Below are positions 50,956-59,487 of a stretch of DNA of 59,487 nt, piece after piece; the stretch's first letter is position 1; every line of letters begins with the position of its first letter. The DNA comes from Pseudomonadota bacterium (lineage in GTDB: Bacteria; Myxococcota_A; UBA796; GCA-2862545), in NCBI GenBank assembly GCA_947475315.1, contig CANJMY010000010.1:1-59487 (forward strand), read 5' to 3'. Made by a program: the position numbers and the translations under genes. A model generated the notes under the pieces. The model was not told the origin of the DNA. It searched no databases and saw nothing but the letters and a program-made list of their open reading frames with translations.

Positions 50956-51465
50956 TTGATCCGCTCCATCCTCCCCGCGTTCGCGTTTGGCATGCTCTTC
51001 GTCGCGACGCCCGCGCTCGCCGAAACCAAGATATGCATCATCGACGCCGAAGAGGCGATGAACGAGACTGGCGAAGGCAAGGCCGCTCAGGCCAAGCTCG
51101 AGTCCATGTACACGGGCAAGCAGGGCGAGATCGAGCGCCTCCAGGCGGACCTCGAGAAGCAGCTGACGGACTACGAGGCGCGCAAGATGATCCTGTCGGA
51201 GTCTGCCCGCGCAGACCAGGAGCGCGTGCTCGCCGAGAAGCAGCGCTCGTTCCAGGCCATGGTCTCGCAGTCCGAAGAGGAGATGCAGACCACCTACGCG
51301 CAGCTGCTCCAGGGCATGCAGGACAAGCTCCTCCGCGTGGCCCCCACCGTGGCCGCGCGCAAGGCGTGCTCGGTGATGCTCCAGAAGGAGGCGACCGTCT
51401 ACGTCGGCCCCGACGTGCTCGATCTGACGCACGACGTGATCGCCGAGCTCGACAAGGCCCACTAG
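50956..51465 (+). CDS. skp: Periplasmic chaperone Skp (OmpH)
   Basis: Signal peptide and a ~150 aa coiled-coil body rich in Q/E/K/A (OmpH family). Located directly after bamA. TTG start. Confidence 0.8.
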   Translation: MIRSILPAFAFGMLFVATPALAETKICIIDAEEAMNETGEGKAAQAKLESMYTGKQGEIERLQADLEKQLTDYEARKMILSESARADQERVLAEKQRSFQAMVSQSEEEMQTTYAQLLQGMQDKLLRVAPTVAARKACSVMLQKEATVYVGPDVLDLTHDVIAELDKAH

Positions 51466-51472
51466 GCCCGCC

Positions 51473-51937
51473 GTGCGAGACCAGGCCCAAGAGCCCGTCT
51501 CGCTCGACGGCCCCGCCGTGCGCGCGCTGCTCCCTCAGGCAGACCCGTTCGTCTTGATCGACGACGCCCCTGAGGTGGTGCCCGGCGTGCGCGTGTGGGC
51601 CCGATACCAGGTCCCCGAGCGCACCTTCTGGACGGACGCCCACTTCCCGGGCGAGCCGGTCATGCCGGGGGCGCTGCTCTTGGAGGCCATGGCGCAGGCG
51701 TGCTCGCTCGCGTGGCTGACGCTGCCGGACTCAGAGGGGCTGCCCGTGCTGGTGGGCGCTGAGGCCTTGCGCTTCCGCTCGCCCGCGCGTCCGGGCGCCC
51801 TGCTGGACGTGCGCGTCGAGGTAACGGAGCGCCGTCGGCTGTGGCGCTTTCGGGTGGTCGTGACCGAGGGCGTGCGCCGAGTCGCGGACGGGGAGCTGCT
51901 GGCGACCCGCGTCGGACGGCACCCGGCGGGCGCGTGA
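51473..51937 (+). CDS. FabZ-like 3-hydroxyacyl-ACP dehydratase (hotdog fold)
   Basis: HFPGEPVMPGALLLEAMAQ (the catalytic His region) and hotdog C-terminal strands. Lacks the usual N-terminal LPHRYP. GTG start. Confidence 0.65.
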   Translation: MRDQAQEPVSLDGPAVRALLPQADPFVLIDDAPEVVPGVRVWARYQVPERTFWTDAHFPGEPVMPGALLLEAMAQACSLAWLTLPDSEGLPVLVGAEALRFRSPARPGALLDVRVEVTERRRLWRFRVVVTEGVRRVADGELLATRVGRHPAGA

Positions 51938-53313
51938 GCGACGCCGCGACGCGTCGGGCTGACCTGGCCTTCGCGGCGGCGTGGGCGCTGATCCTGGTCG
52001 GCGGTGTCGCGTTGCGGGTCGATGCGCTCACCCACGGCGTCACCACCGACGAGATCGGCAACGTGCTGGTGCGTCAGTGGGGGGCGGCCTTCTTCGACCC
52101 GGAGTCTGGCGTGAACCCGCCGCTCTGGCGTTGGCTGGGCGTGCCGTGGTCGTCCGACCGCACGGCGATCGACGTGGGCCGCGGCGTGGCGTTCGTCGCC
52201 GGGGCGCTGGGGATGGTCGCCGTGGGAGACGCCGCGCGACGTCTGGGCGGGCGGCTGTCCGCGCTCGCCGCCACCTTGCTCGTCGCGCTCGGCCCCACCT
52301 GCATCCGCGACAGCGCGCTCGATCGGGCCTACGCCGCGGGCGCGTTGACGCTGGCGGTGGTGCTGTGGCTGTCGGCGCAGCCCACCCTGCGGCCGCGCCT
52401 GACCCTCGCGGCCATCCTGCTGCTGCCGTGGTGGCACTACCTGCTCTTCCCGGTGGCCGCGGTATGGCTGCTGACGGGCGAGGGGACGCGCCTGCGCACC
52501 CGGCTGATCGCGGGCGCGCTGGCGTGGGCGCCGCTGGTCGTGCCGCTGTTCCTGGGCCGCGGGCGCCGCGAGCCGCAGACCGACGGGTGGATCCGCCCCA
52601 CGCTGGACGTGCTCTCCGGCGGCCTGCACCCCGAGCCGCACGCGGGCAGCCTGGTCGCCGCGTGGGGCGTGGACTCGCCGTCGGTGATCGAGGGCTGCCT
52701 GCTGCTCGGTGTGTGTCTCGCCTGCGGCCTGACTTGGCCGTGGCTCTCCGCGACCGGGCGCCGCGCGTGGTGGGGTGCGCTGGCCGTGGCCGCGGCGGTC
52801 GCGTTGGGTGAGCAGGTGCACTTCGTCCGTAGCGACGCGGCGACGCTGTGGTGGGTGCCCTTGGCCATAGTGCTGAGCACGGCCTCCTCGCGCCTGCCCG
52901 CCTGGGCGCACGCGATAACCCTGTCCTTGCTTGGGTTTGGCCTGTTCGCCCAGCTGCCCGCGGAGGTGGGCGTGATGCGCGAACAGGGCGTCCGGCAGGA
53001 CGGGCTGCGCGAGCTCAACGCGTGGTGGCCGGGCGACACCGCGCTTGTGGTGCACCCCGCGTTCGTCGCGGGCGCGCTGTGGTTCGAGCGGACCGGGACC
53101 AGCCAGACGCTCGCGCGCGACGTCGGTCCCTGCGTGGTCGCGACCGGCTGCTACTCGGACGGTGACGCGACCTGGCGAGGCCTGGACACGCTCGGTCCAA
53201 CGCGTGCGGCCGACGTCGTGACGCTCACGCCCTGGGTGGACGACGCGGCGATGGCCGGGTGCGCGAGGGTGGTGGACCGGCCTGGGTGGCGGGCGTGGCG
53301 GTGCGGTCCCTAG
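51934..53313 (+). CDS. Multi-pass membrane protein, ArnT/PMT-like GT-C glycosyltransferase family
   Basis: First-loop DE motif (LTHGVTTDEIGN), ~11 TM helices and a C-terminal soluble domain. The GTG start overlaps the fabZ-like stop. Confidence 0.5.
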   Translation: MSDAATRRADLAFAAAWALILVGGVALRVDALTHGVTTDEIGNVLVRQWGAAFFDPESGVNPPLWRWLGVPWSSDRTAIDVGRGVAFVAGALGMVAVGDAARRLGGRLSALAATLLVALGPTCIRDSALDRAYAAGALTLAVVLWLSAQPTLRPRLTLAAILLLPWWHYLLFPVAAVWLLTGEGTRLRTRLIAGALAWAPLVVPLFLGRGRREPQTDGWIRPTLDVLSGGLHPEPHAGSLVAAWGVDSPSVIEGCLLLGVCLACGLTWPWLSATGRRAWWGALAVAAAVALGEQVHFVRSDAATLWWVPLAIVLSTASSRLPAWAHAITLSLLGFGLFAQLPAEVGVMREQGVRQDGLRELNAWWPGDTALVVHPAFVAGALWFERTGTSQTLARDVGPCVVATGCYSDGDATWRGLDTLGPTRAADVVTLTPWVDDAAMAGCARVVDRPGWRAWRCGP

Positions 53314-53745
53314 GCGCGTCGCTCACGCGCAGGGGGGGCGGCTGGGCGTCCCCGCGCGTCCGACCGGCCGCATCCAGGCGAGCGCGGCGAACGCGGCCCC
53401 CATGGGCAGGTCGCCGGTCGAGGATGAGTCGCAGCCGCCAGTCCGCTCACAGCCGACGGGCCCGGCGACTTTCGTGTCCACGACGGTGTCGAACGCAGAC
53501 GTGGAGAGGCGCGCCGCCGACGAAGATCCGACCCCCGGCGCGAGCGCCGACGGATCCGGGCTGCATGCCGCCGTGACGGCGAGGCGTCCAACGGACGCGC
53601 AAGGCGTGGGCCTGTTCTTCGCTACGAGTGGTAGCGCGGATCGGCCCGCAGAGGGTCGAACTCGCGCTACAAGCCGACCCCCCGGCGCGACGGGCTCCTG
53701 CGCGACGCCCGCGACCAATTCGGCTACGGGTCGACAGGCGGCTCG

Positions 53746-55989
53746 ATGGGCACACACCTCCAGGCCCCGGCGCGTGGTTCGACGCCGGAGTCTTCCGACA
53801 GCGCATCCAAGACCCGGGGATCACCTGGGAACAGCCGCGCCCAGGCGCGCCTCGCGCCGTCGTCCGTGCCCTCCGCAGCCAGCGTGCTCGCCGGCGTCGG
53901 AGAGGGTGGTCTGGCAGGAGAGCCGCCGCCCGGTGGGGCGTCGCCTGGGGACCTGTTCGCGGCAGCGACCGATGGCGGCGGCGGGTCGCTGCCGTACGCG
54001 GCCGAGATGGGCGTGGCGTTCGGTGTCGACCTGTCCGACGTCTCGGCGCACGTGGGGCAGCCGGGCCCGCTCGGGGCGATGGGGGCGCGGGCCGCGACAG
54101 ATGGGCGCTCGGTGGCCTTCGCCGATGCGTCCCCGGCCCGGTCGACGGTCGCGCACGAGATCGCCCATGTGGCGCAGCAGCGCAGCTCGGGTGGTGGCAC
54201 AGGCGGCGTGCATGCGTCGTCGACCGTGAGCCGTCCGGGTGATGCCTCTGAGGTGGAGGCCGATCGCGCGGCTGCCGACGTGGTCGCGGGGCGGACGCCG
54301 ACCGTGACCGAGGCGCCGGGTGCTGGGGTGATCAGCCTTGAGGCCGATCCTCGGGCCTACGCACCCACGCCGACGATGGGGGGCGTGCAGCGCGAGGCCG
54401 ACTTCGGCGACACCTTCTCCAGCACGCCCGGCGCCGTCCGTCCGAGCGCGAGCGTCGCGCCCGGCGAGTCGACCGTGATGAACATCACGGTCGAGCACGA
54501 CCGCGAGCACCCGCTTGACTTGGGTGTGGGCGATACACCTGCGGAGGAGGAGCTGTTCACCGTCGTGAACCGGGAACCGGTGTCCACGGCCGACACCCTC
54601 TCCATCACGCAGAAGTTCGGATCCACTCAGGCCCCGAACGTGCGCCCCATCCCGGACCCCACGTCGATGTACATCGGCGGCGCGCCGCAGCTCGACGACT
54701 TGAGCCAGGGCGGGATCGGCGACTGCTGGCTGATGGCCGCGCTCTCCAACGTCGTGTCCCGCGATCCGAACAAGATCCCGTCGATGATGACCTTCACCCC
54801 GACCACGGTCTCGGCGACCTTCCACCACTTCGACAACAGCACGCCGCCCGGGCGCTGGGTCGCCGCGACCATGACCACGGCCAACACGCTCCTGCACTAC
54901 CAGGACCCCGCCGATCCCACCGCCACCTACGAGCTGGTCGGGGCCGGACTGCGCCGCGCCGACGAGCCCTCCGGCAGCCTGTGGTACGGCTTCGTGCGTG
55001 GATCGGACCTGTATGTGGTGCGGCGCGACAAGTACGAGGTCGCGCTGTGGGCGCCGATGATCGAGAAGCTCTACGCGCAGTTCACCGAGGCGTTCGGGCA
55101 GTACGGCGGCGGCCCGTCCCCGCGCGAGGGCTCCGAGCCAGGCGGCGCGGGCTCGACGACGTCTGGCTACCAGAACATCGACGGCGGCTGGGAGGATCAG
55201 GCCTACCCGGTGTTCTACGGCGCGAACGTGGTGTCGCACGGGCAGGAGGACATCAACTACACGCCCAACACCAACCCGGTGCTCGCCAACCAGGGGGCGA
55301 TCGCCAACCTGCTCCGCCTCGCGGGGGAGGGGGTGCCCGCGGACCAGACGTTCATGCTGTCGGTCGACCTGGACCAGGGCAGCGCCGTGGCGCGCCTGCG
55401 GCAGCTCATCGACTTTGTCGTCGGCGACCGCGACAGTCGGCGCTACCCGACGCTGCGCAACGCGCTGGTCGCGCTCGGCACCCGCTGCGACGACTACACC
55501 GGCGCGCCCGCTGGAGGACCGGTCGAGGCCGCTGCGCTGTCGAGCCTCGCGCGCGACGCTGAGGCGCACGCCCGCCCGACAGCGTGGCCGATGCTGTCGA
55601 GCCCCAGCGCGCTGCCGCGCTACCACGAGCTCTACGAGCTGCTCAACACCATCAAGAGCTTGGGCACCGACCACAGCCCTGGCCGGCGCAACACCTACGC
55701 CGATCACGCCTACCCGGTGTTGGGCGCCAGCTTCGTCGGGATCGACGGGAACGCGCTCACGCTCACCCAGGCCACCCTGGCCGCAGAGGCCGCGAACATC
55801 GACCCGGCGGCGTCGACGGTGCGGATGCGCAACCCGCACCACACCAACGAGCCAAACGTGCCCACGTCCGCCCGCGACGCGAACCCCAACGACGGCCTGT
55901 TCACCCTGTCGCTGGACCAGTACCTCCGAGACTTCGCGCTCCAGCAGGTCGCGCTCGTCCGCAACACACCCGCGCCGGCCGGACCATGA
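53746..55989 (+). CDS. DUF4157 (eCIS-cargo-type HExxH domain) fused to a calpain-like cysteine protease (peptidase C2) with a disordered N-terminus
   Basis: ~80 aa S/G/P/A-rich N-terminus. DUF4157 block: EMGVAFGVDLSDVSAHVGQPGPLGAMGARAATDGRSVAFADA...VAHEIAHVAQQ...EVEADRAAADVV. Calpain catalytic signatures: QGGIGDCWLMAALSNV (Cys), DHAYPVLG (His), RMRNPHH (Asn). The true start may lie a few codons upstream (GTG/TTG). Confidence 0.7.
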   Translation: MGTHLQAPARGSTPESSDSASKTRGSPGNSRAQARLAPSSVPSAASVLAGVGEGGLAGEPPPGGASPGDLFAAATDGGGGSLPYAAEMGVAFGVDLSDVSAHVGQPGPLGAMGARAATDGRSVAFADASPARSTVAHEIAHVAQQRSSGGGTGGVHASSTVSRPGDASEVEADRAAADVVAGRTPTVTEAPGAGVISLEADPRAYAPTPTMGGVQREADFGDTFSSTPGAVRPSASVAPGESTVMNITVEHDREHPLDLGVGDTPAEEELFTVVNREPVSTADTLSITQKFGSTQAPNVRPIPDPTSMYIGGAPQLDDLSQGGIGDCWLMAALSNVVSRDPNKIPSMMTFTPTTVSATFHHFDNSTPPGRWVAATMTTANTLLHYQDPADPTATYELVGAGLRRADEPSGSLWYGFVRGSDLYVVRRDKYEVALWAPMIEKLYAQFTEAFGQYGGGPSPREGSEPGGAGSTTSGYQNIDGGWEDQAYPVFYGANVVSHGQEDINYTPNTNPVLANQGAIANLLRLAGEGVPADQTFMLSVDLDQGSAVARLRQLIDFVVGDRDSRRYPTLRNALVALGTRCDDYTGAPAGGPVEAAALSSLARDAEAHARPTAWPMLSSPSALPRYHELYELLNTIKSLGTDHSPGRRNTYADHAYPVLGASFVGIDGNALTLTQATLAAEAANIDPAASTVRMRNPHHTNEPNVPTSARDANPNDGLFTLSLDQYLRDFALQQVALVRNTPAPAGP

Positions 55990-57011
55990 CCATGCGACAC
56001 CTCTGCACTTTGCTCTGGCTCGCCGCGTCCACCTGTGCTGCGGCACCTGTCGGAGGGGACGTGCATGCGTCGCCTCCAACCCTCGGAGATCCCGTGCACC
56101 TCACCATCCACAGCCCGGCAGACTTTGCCGCCGCCACCGCCGCGATGGCCACCCTGGCGTGGGGCGACGCTCCAGGCGACGCGCGCCTGGACGTGTCGAT
56201 CGCCGCGGGGGACTACGCCGGGCGGTCGCTTCAGCTCAAGCAGGATCCGAACGCCAAGCACCCCGTCACGCTCGTCGTGCATGGCGAGGGGCGGGCGCGC
56301 GTGGCGTCGCTCGCGCTGGACCTGGAGGCCGCCAGCGTGACGGTCGCCGATCTGGTGTTCGACTCGGCGCCGACGACCTACGCGCTCAAGGTGCGGACGC
56401 CCGGTCAGACCAACCTCGCGCGGCTCGCGTTCCTCGATCAGGTGGTCGGCGCCAAGGCAGGTCCAGCGACCGGCGGCGTGGTGCTGCTGGAGGCCAGCTC
56501 CGCCGCAGCGACGGCGACCCTGACGGACTGCGCGTTCGTCGGTGGCAGCGCGCGACGCCCCGTGCCGATGGTGACGCTGGCGGCGCAGCCCGCGTCCATG
56601 TTCGCCCGCATCGACCTGGTGCGCGCGGTGTTCGCCGACGCGGAGTTTCCGACGCTGATCTCGCTCGCCGCGGCCCAGCAGCTCACGCTCGAGGACAGCG
56701 TCGTCGTGCTCCGCCCAGGCACGCGGCTGGTGCGCGCCGAGGCGCCGTGGGCGCAGCTGGTGCTGCGCAGCGTCACGGTGGTCGCAGACGGTCCCGATCA
56801 GGTGCTGGAGCGGTCGGGCGCGACGGCGCCGCCCTACGAGGCGTCGTCGGTGCGGGTCGCATGGCGCAAGGGTGGGGAGATGCCCGCGGGCGCGGCCTCA
56901 GTCACGCTGAGCGACGACGCGCTGACCCAGGCGGTGGCGGGTCTGCGTGAGGCGCTGCGCTCCGGACCGATCGACCCTGCGGCGTTCCAGGCGAGCGCAA
57001 AGCTCAGGTAG
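55986..57011 (+). CDS. Secreted hypothetical protein, translationally coupled to the DUF4157-calpain gene
   Basis: ATGA overlap with the upstream stop. Signal peptide MTMRHLCTLLWLAASTCAAA. Ala/Val-rich, beta-rich body; no family recognised. Confidence 0.55.
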   Translation: MTMRHLCTLLWLAASTCAAAPVGGDVHASPPTLGDPVHLTIHSPADFAAATAAMATLAWGDAPGDARLDVSIAAGDYAGRSLQLKQDPNAKHPVTLVVHGEGRARVASLALDLEAASVTVADLVFDSAPTTYALKVRTPGQTNLARLAFLDQVVGAKAGPATGGVVLLEASSAAATATLTDCAFVGGSARRPVPMVTLAAQPASMFARIDLVRAVFADAEFPTLISLAAAQQLTLEDSVVVLRPGTRLVRAEAPWAQLVLRSVTVVADGPDQVLERSGATAPPYEASSVRVAWRKGGEMPAGAASVTLSDDALTQAVAGLREALRSGPIDPAAFQASAKLR

Positions 57012-57024
57012 GCGTCGCCCGGGT

Positions 57025-57702
57025 TTAGTGCGCAGGGGTGTCGTGCGACGCCTGGGCCTTTACCAGCGCCTTGAGCTCGGCGATCTCCTTCTCGAGCGCG
57101 TCAATGCGGCGCGCCTGCGCCTGGACCGCGGCCACCGTCATCGACGTGTAGCCGTAGAGATCGACGTGGTCGCCGTCCCGCGTGACGGCGGGGGAGCCCG
57201 ACACCATGTCGTCGATGATGAAGCCCGTGTGCGGGGCGCCCGTGACGTCGTCCTTGTAGATCCACTTGGCGAGCTTCACGTCGCGGAGGTCGCCGTAGAG
57301 GGCGTCCGCCTGGGAGAGGCTCAGATACGTGATGTCGCGCTTGAACGCCGCGCGGGAGATCGGGCACGCGCCCGACCCGATGGGGTTGGCGAAGTCACAC
57401 ATCAGCGTGGTGTTGCAGGCGTCGACCGGGTCGCACTCCTGGCCCACCATGCGCGCGAAGCAGCGACCGCCCGCGACGTGCGGCCCGCAGCGAGGCAGGC
57501 CCTTGGCGATCCACCCTCGACAGACGGGATCCCCGCACGTCTGCCAGAGGGTGGCGAAGCGACGATCGGCGTTGCCCGCGTTGGCCTCCGGCGCGTCGAA
57601 GGAGCCGTCCCGCGTGGTGGGATCAGGTCCGATGGGGTCCGACACGTTCTCGACCCCGCAGGCACCCACAAACACCAGCGTCAACCCGAGCGAGCGAAAC
57701 AT
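57025..57702 (-). CDS. Cys-rich lipoprotein with a C-terminal coiled coil (tail-fibre-chaperone-like terminus); hypothetical
   Basis: Lipobox FVGACG, nine Cys in ~90 aa, and a C-terminal LYGYTSMTVAAVQAQARRIDALEKEIAELKAL. Confidence 0.5.
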   Translation of the reverse strand: MFRSLGLTLVFVGACGVENVSDPIGPDPTTRDGSFDAPEANAGNADRRFATLWQTCGDPVCRGWIAKGLPRCGPHVAGGRCFARMVGQECDPVDACNTTLMCDFANPIGSGACPISRAAFKRDITYLSLSQADALYGDLRDVKLAKWIYKDDVTGAPHTGFIIDDMVSGSPAVTRDGDHVDLYGYTSMTVAAVQAQARRIDALEKEIAELKALVKAQASHDTPAH

Positions 57703-57824
57703 GGCAGCCTCCAGGGACCCACTGAACCTAGCATAGGGCACGCCCCGACCACTCCAACTTTCTAGGCATTCGCAGCCTGATCCGGGCTAGGCTACGCTGG
57801 AGTTGGGCAGGGAAGGGAGTCGAC

Positions 57825-58289
57825 ATGAATCAACGCATCCTCCGGACGGTCTACGCTGCGGCGTGCCTCGCGCTCGGCGCGTGCCAGGACACGGGCCCCG
57901 CCGCCAACTTTGACGACGGGGCCTGGGAGTTCCAGGTCACCTCGCTCTGGGCTGAGCCCGAGGGCGGCGTGGCGAATCCCACCGACCCGCTCGACGACGC
58001 CGACTACACCCCGGTCGACGACGCGGCGGGCTGGTCGCTCCTCGTCTCCGACCACCGAGACACCATCGCCCTCACCGACATCGCGGACGACACCAAGACG
58101 ATCGACGGCACCTTGGGCGACCCGGTGGGCGACAGGCTGCACTACGACCTGACCGAGGGCGTGTTCGCCGGCGGGCGGTTCGAGGTGTGGGACGACGGGT
58201 TCCTGCGCGCCGAGCTGACGATCTACGGTTCGGGCGTGCCGATCGCGCAGAGCGCGCGCGGCGATCTGGTCCAGATCATCGGGCTTTAA
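57825..58289 (+). CDS. Small hypothetical lipoprotein
   Basis: Lipobox ALGACQD, acidic, ~150 aa. Confidence 0.5.
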   Translation: MNQRILRTVYAAACLALGACQDTGPAANFDDGAWEFQVTSLWAEPEGGVANPTDPLDDADYTPVDDAAGWSLLVSDHRDTIALTDIADDTKTIDGTLGDPVGDRLHYDLTEGVFAGGRFEVWDDGFLRAELTIYGSGVPIAQSARGDLVQIIGL

Positions 58290-58304
58290 GCGCGGCGACC
58301 TCCG

Positions 58305-59204
58305 CTAGCGCTTCGCGTTGGGGGCCTTGCACACCGTGCGGATCGCGCACGTTGCGCAGGTCTCGTCGTGCTTGAAGCCCAGGCACGCGCCGCTGATCCC
58401 GTGGTGGGCGAGCGCGAAGTCAAAGCGCACCGGGTCGGCCGGGTCAAAGCGACGCAGGCTGTCCGTGATCTCCGCCGCCGTCCGCCACGACGCGTCCGTT
58501 CGCGCGGTCAGGCCCAGGAAGCGCGACAGGCGGCCCACGTGCACGTCCAGCGGCATCACCAGGTCGGCGGGGGAGACGGTCGACCACAGCGCCAGATCCA
58601 CGCCCTCGCGGGTCGGGCGGACCATCCAGCGCAGGTAGAGGTTCCAGCGCTTGCACGCCGAGCCGTCGGCGGGGTCGGGGAGCAGGTAGCGCACGCCCTG
58701 CGGGAGCTCGCGGAAGTCGTCCACGGGCGACCCATGCTCGGCCGCCGACGCCACACACGCTGCCCGCAGCGCGCCGATCGCCAGACCCAGCCGGTCGCGC
58801 AGGTCAGGGCCTGTCGGGCCAAACAGCGGCTCCAAGCGGCCATGCTCGGCCAGGACACGGCGCAGGGCGCCCAGGAACACGGCCAGGTCCGCGGGACGGG
58901 TCCAGCGGTAGGTGATTCCCGCGATCCGCGGCGCGCGGTCGGCGTCGAACGCGTCGATGAAGCGGCGCGGCCCACCGTGCGCGTCCATGATGTCGAACAG
59001 TCGGTCGAGCACGGGGAGGAACAGGTCGACGCGGCCGAACGCGTAGAGCGCGGCGATCAGGCCCGACAGCTCCGCGTCGCGTGGATCCGTGTAGCGGTGC
59101 GCGAACCGCAGCGGATCGTGCTGGATCCGGTCGGGCCGGGTGTCGGCATAGAGCGCCTCCAGGTGGGCGTGGAGGCGAGCGGCGGCGTCGGTTCGGGCGG
59201 ACAT
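58305..59204 (-). CDS. TIGR02757/DUF2400-family protein
   Basis: Conserved RYLLPDPADGSACKRWNLYLRWMVRP...VDLALW block and a C-terminal Cys cluster (CLGFKHDETCATCAIRTVC). Confidence 0.6.
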   Translation of the reverse strand: MSARTDAAARLHAHLEALYADTRPDRIQHDPLRFAHRYTDPRDAELSGLIAALYAFGRVDLFLPVLDRLFDIMDAHGGPRRFIDAFDADRAPRIAGITYRWTRPADLAVFLGALRRVLAEHGRLEPLFGPTGPDLRDRLGLAIGALRAACVASAAEHGSPVDDFRELPQGVRYLLPDPADGSACKRWNLYLRWMVRPTREGVDLALWSTVSPADLVMPLDVHVGRLSRFLGLTARTDASWRTAAEITDSLRRFDPADPVRFDFALAHHGISGACLGFKHDETCATCAIRTVCKAPNAKR

Positions 59205-59254
59205 GGCGGCGTCTCCGCGCCGGGGCGCGCCCAACCGGCTATCGCCTTGCCATG

Positions 59255-59452
59255 CCTGACGCCGCGCCCTGTGATCCCCGACTCCGCCCGCTCCTGGTCT
59301 GCCCCAAGTGCCGCGGCGAATTGATCGATCGTCCGGACGCGCTGGAGTGTCCGGCGTGCGCGCTGGCCTATCCGGTGGTCGCAGGCATCCCTTGGATGCT
59401 GCCCGAGCGCGCTCGTCGGATCCGCGTGGATCCGTTCCGACGTGGGCGTTAG
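59255..59452 (+). CDS. Trm112-family small protein (DUF343)
   Basis: LLVCPKCRGEL...LECPACALAYPVVAGIPWML, the zinc-ribbon-like Trm112 pattern. Confidence 0.65.
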   Translation, partial: PDAAPCDPRLRPLLVCPKCRGELIDRPDALECPACALAYPVVAGIPWMLPERARRIRVDPFRRGR

Positions 59453-59487
59453 GGGGCGCGCGGTCCGGCCCCGGACCCCGGAGGTCC

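Noticed and set aside
53402-54229. 275-aa Arg-rich plus-strand ORF overlapping the start of the DUF4157-calpain gene
   Set aside because: It is out of frame with the DUF4157 domain, whose conserved motifs lie in the 53746 frame. Its composition is Arg/Pro/Ala/Ser, typical of the GC-rich second-codon-position frame.
53821-56079. 752-aa minus-strand ORF antisense to the calpain-like gene
   Set aside because: The recognisable DUF4157 and calpain signatures are on the plus strand; this is a low-complexity RG-rich translation.

Overview
This is a ~70% GC chromosomal segment, most likely from a Myxococcota-like deltaproteobacterium. I infer that from gene content: abundant lipoproteins, GT-C/GT39-like paralogues, an FGE-sulfatase, PQQ propellers and a CRTAC1/ASPIC protein. 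Coding density is high on both strands and most of the window is housekeeping or envelope biogenesis. The recognisable genes are a partial outer-membrane barrel, a wza-like exporter, galE, ftsK-lolA, ctpA, murI/nadD/recD2, cytochrome c, an SPFH/flotillin protein, rlmN, rodZ-like-recO, a PP2C phosphatase, an EF-G paralogue, phoH, a 7TMR-HD protein, ybeY, prfB (with its programmed +1 frameshift), lysS, lolCD, bamA, skp and a fabZ-like gene. Three accessory stretches stand out: (i) an 18.6-25.8 kb polyprenyl-phosphate-sugar glycosylation module (MprF-like flippase domain, SAM methyltransferase, GT-C, GtrB/ArnC-like GT2, ArnT/PMT-like GT-C, Ugd). (ii) A 25.9-31.3 kb envelope cluster (FGE-sulfatase-like, PQQ propeller, DTD-repeat lipoprotein, membrane desaturase, SGNH hydrolase). 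(iii) The most unusual stretch, 53.7-57.0 kb: a DUF4157 (eCIS-cargo-type HExxH domain) fused to a complete calpain-like cysteine protease, translationally coupled to a secreted protein of unknown fold. I saw no tRNA, rRNA, CRISPR array, IS element or integrase. Start codons were chosen from ORF-table arithmetic plus inspection for GTG/TTG starts, so positions may be off by a few bases.
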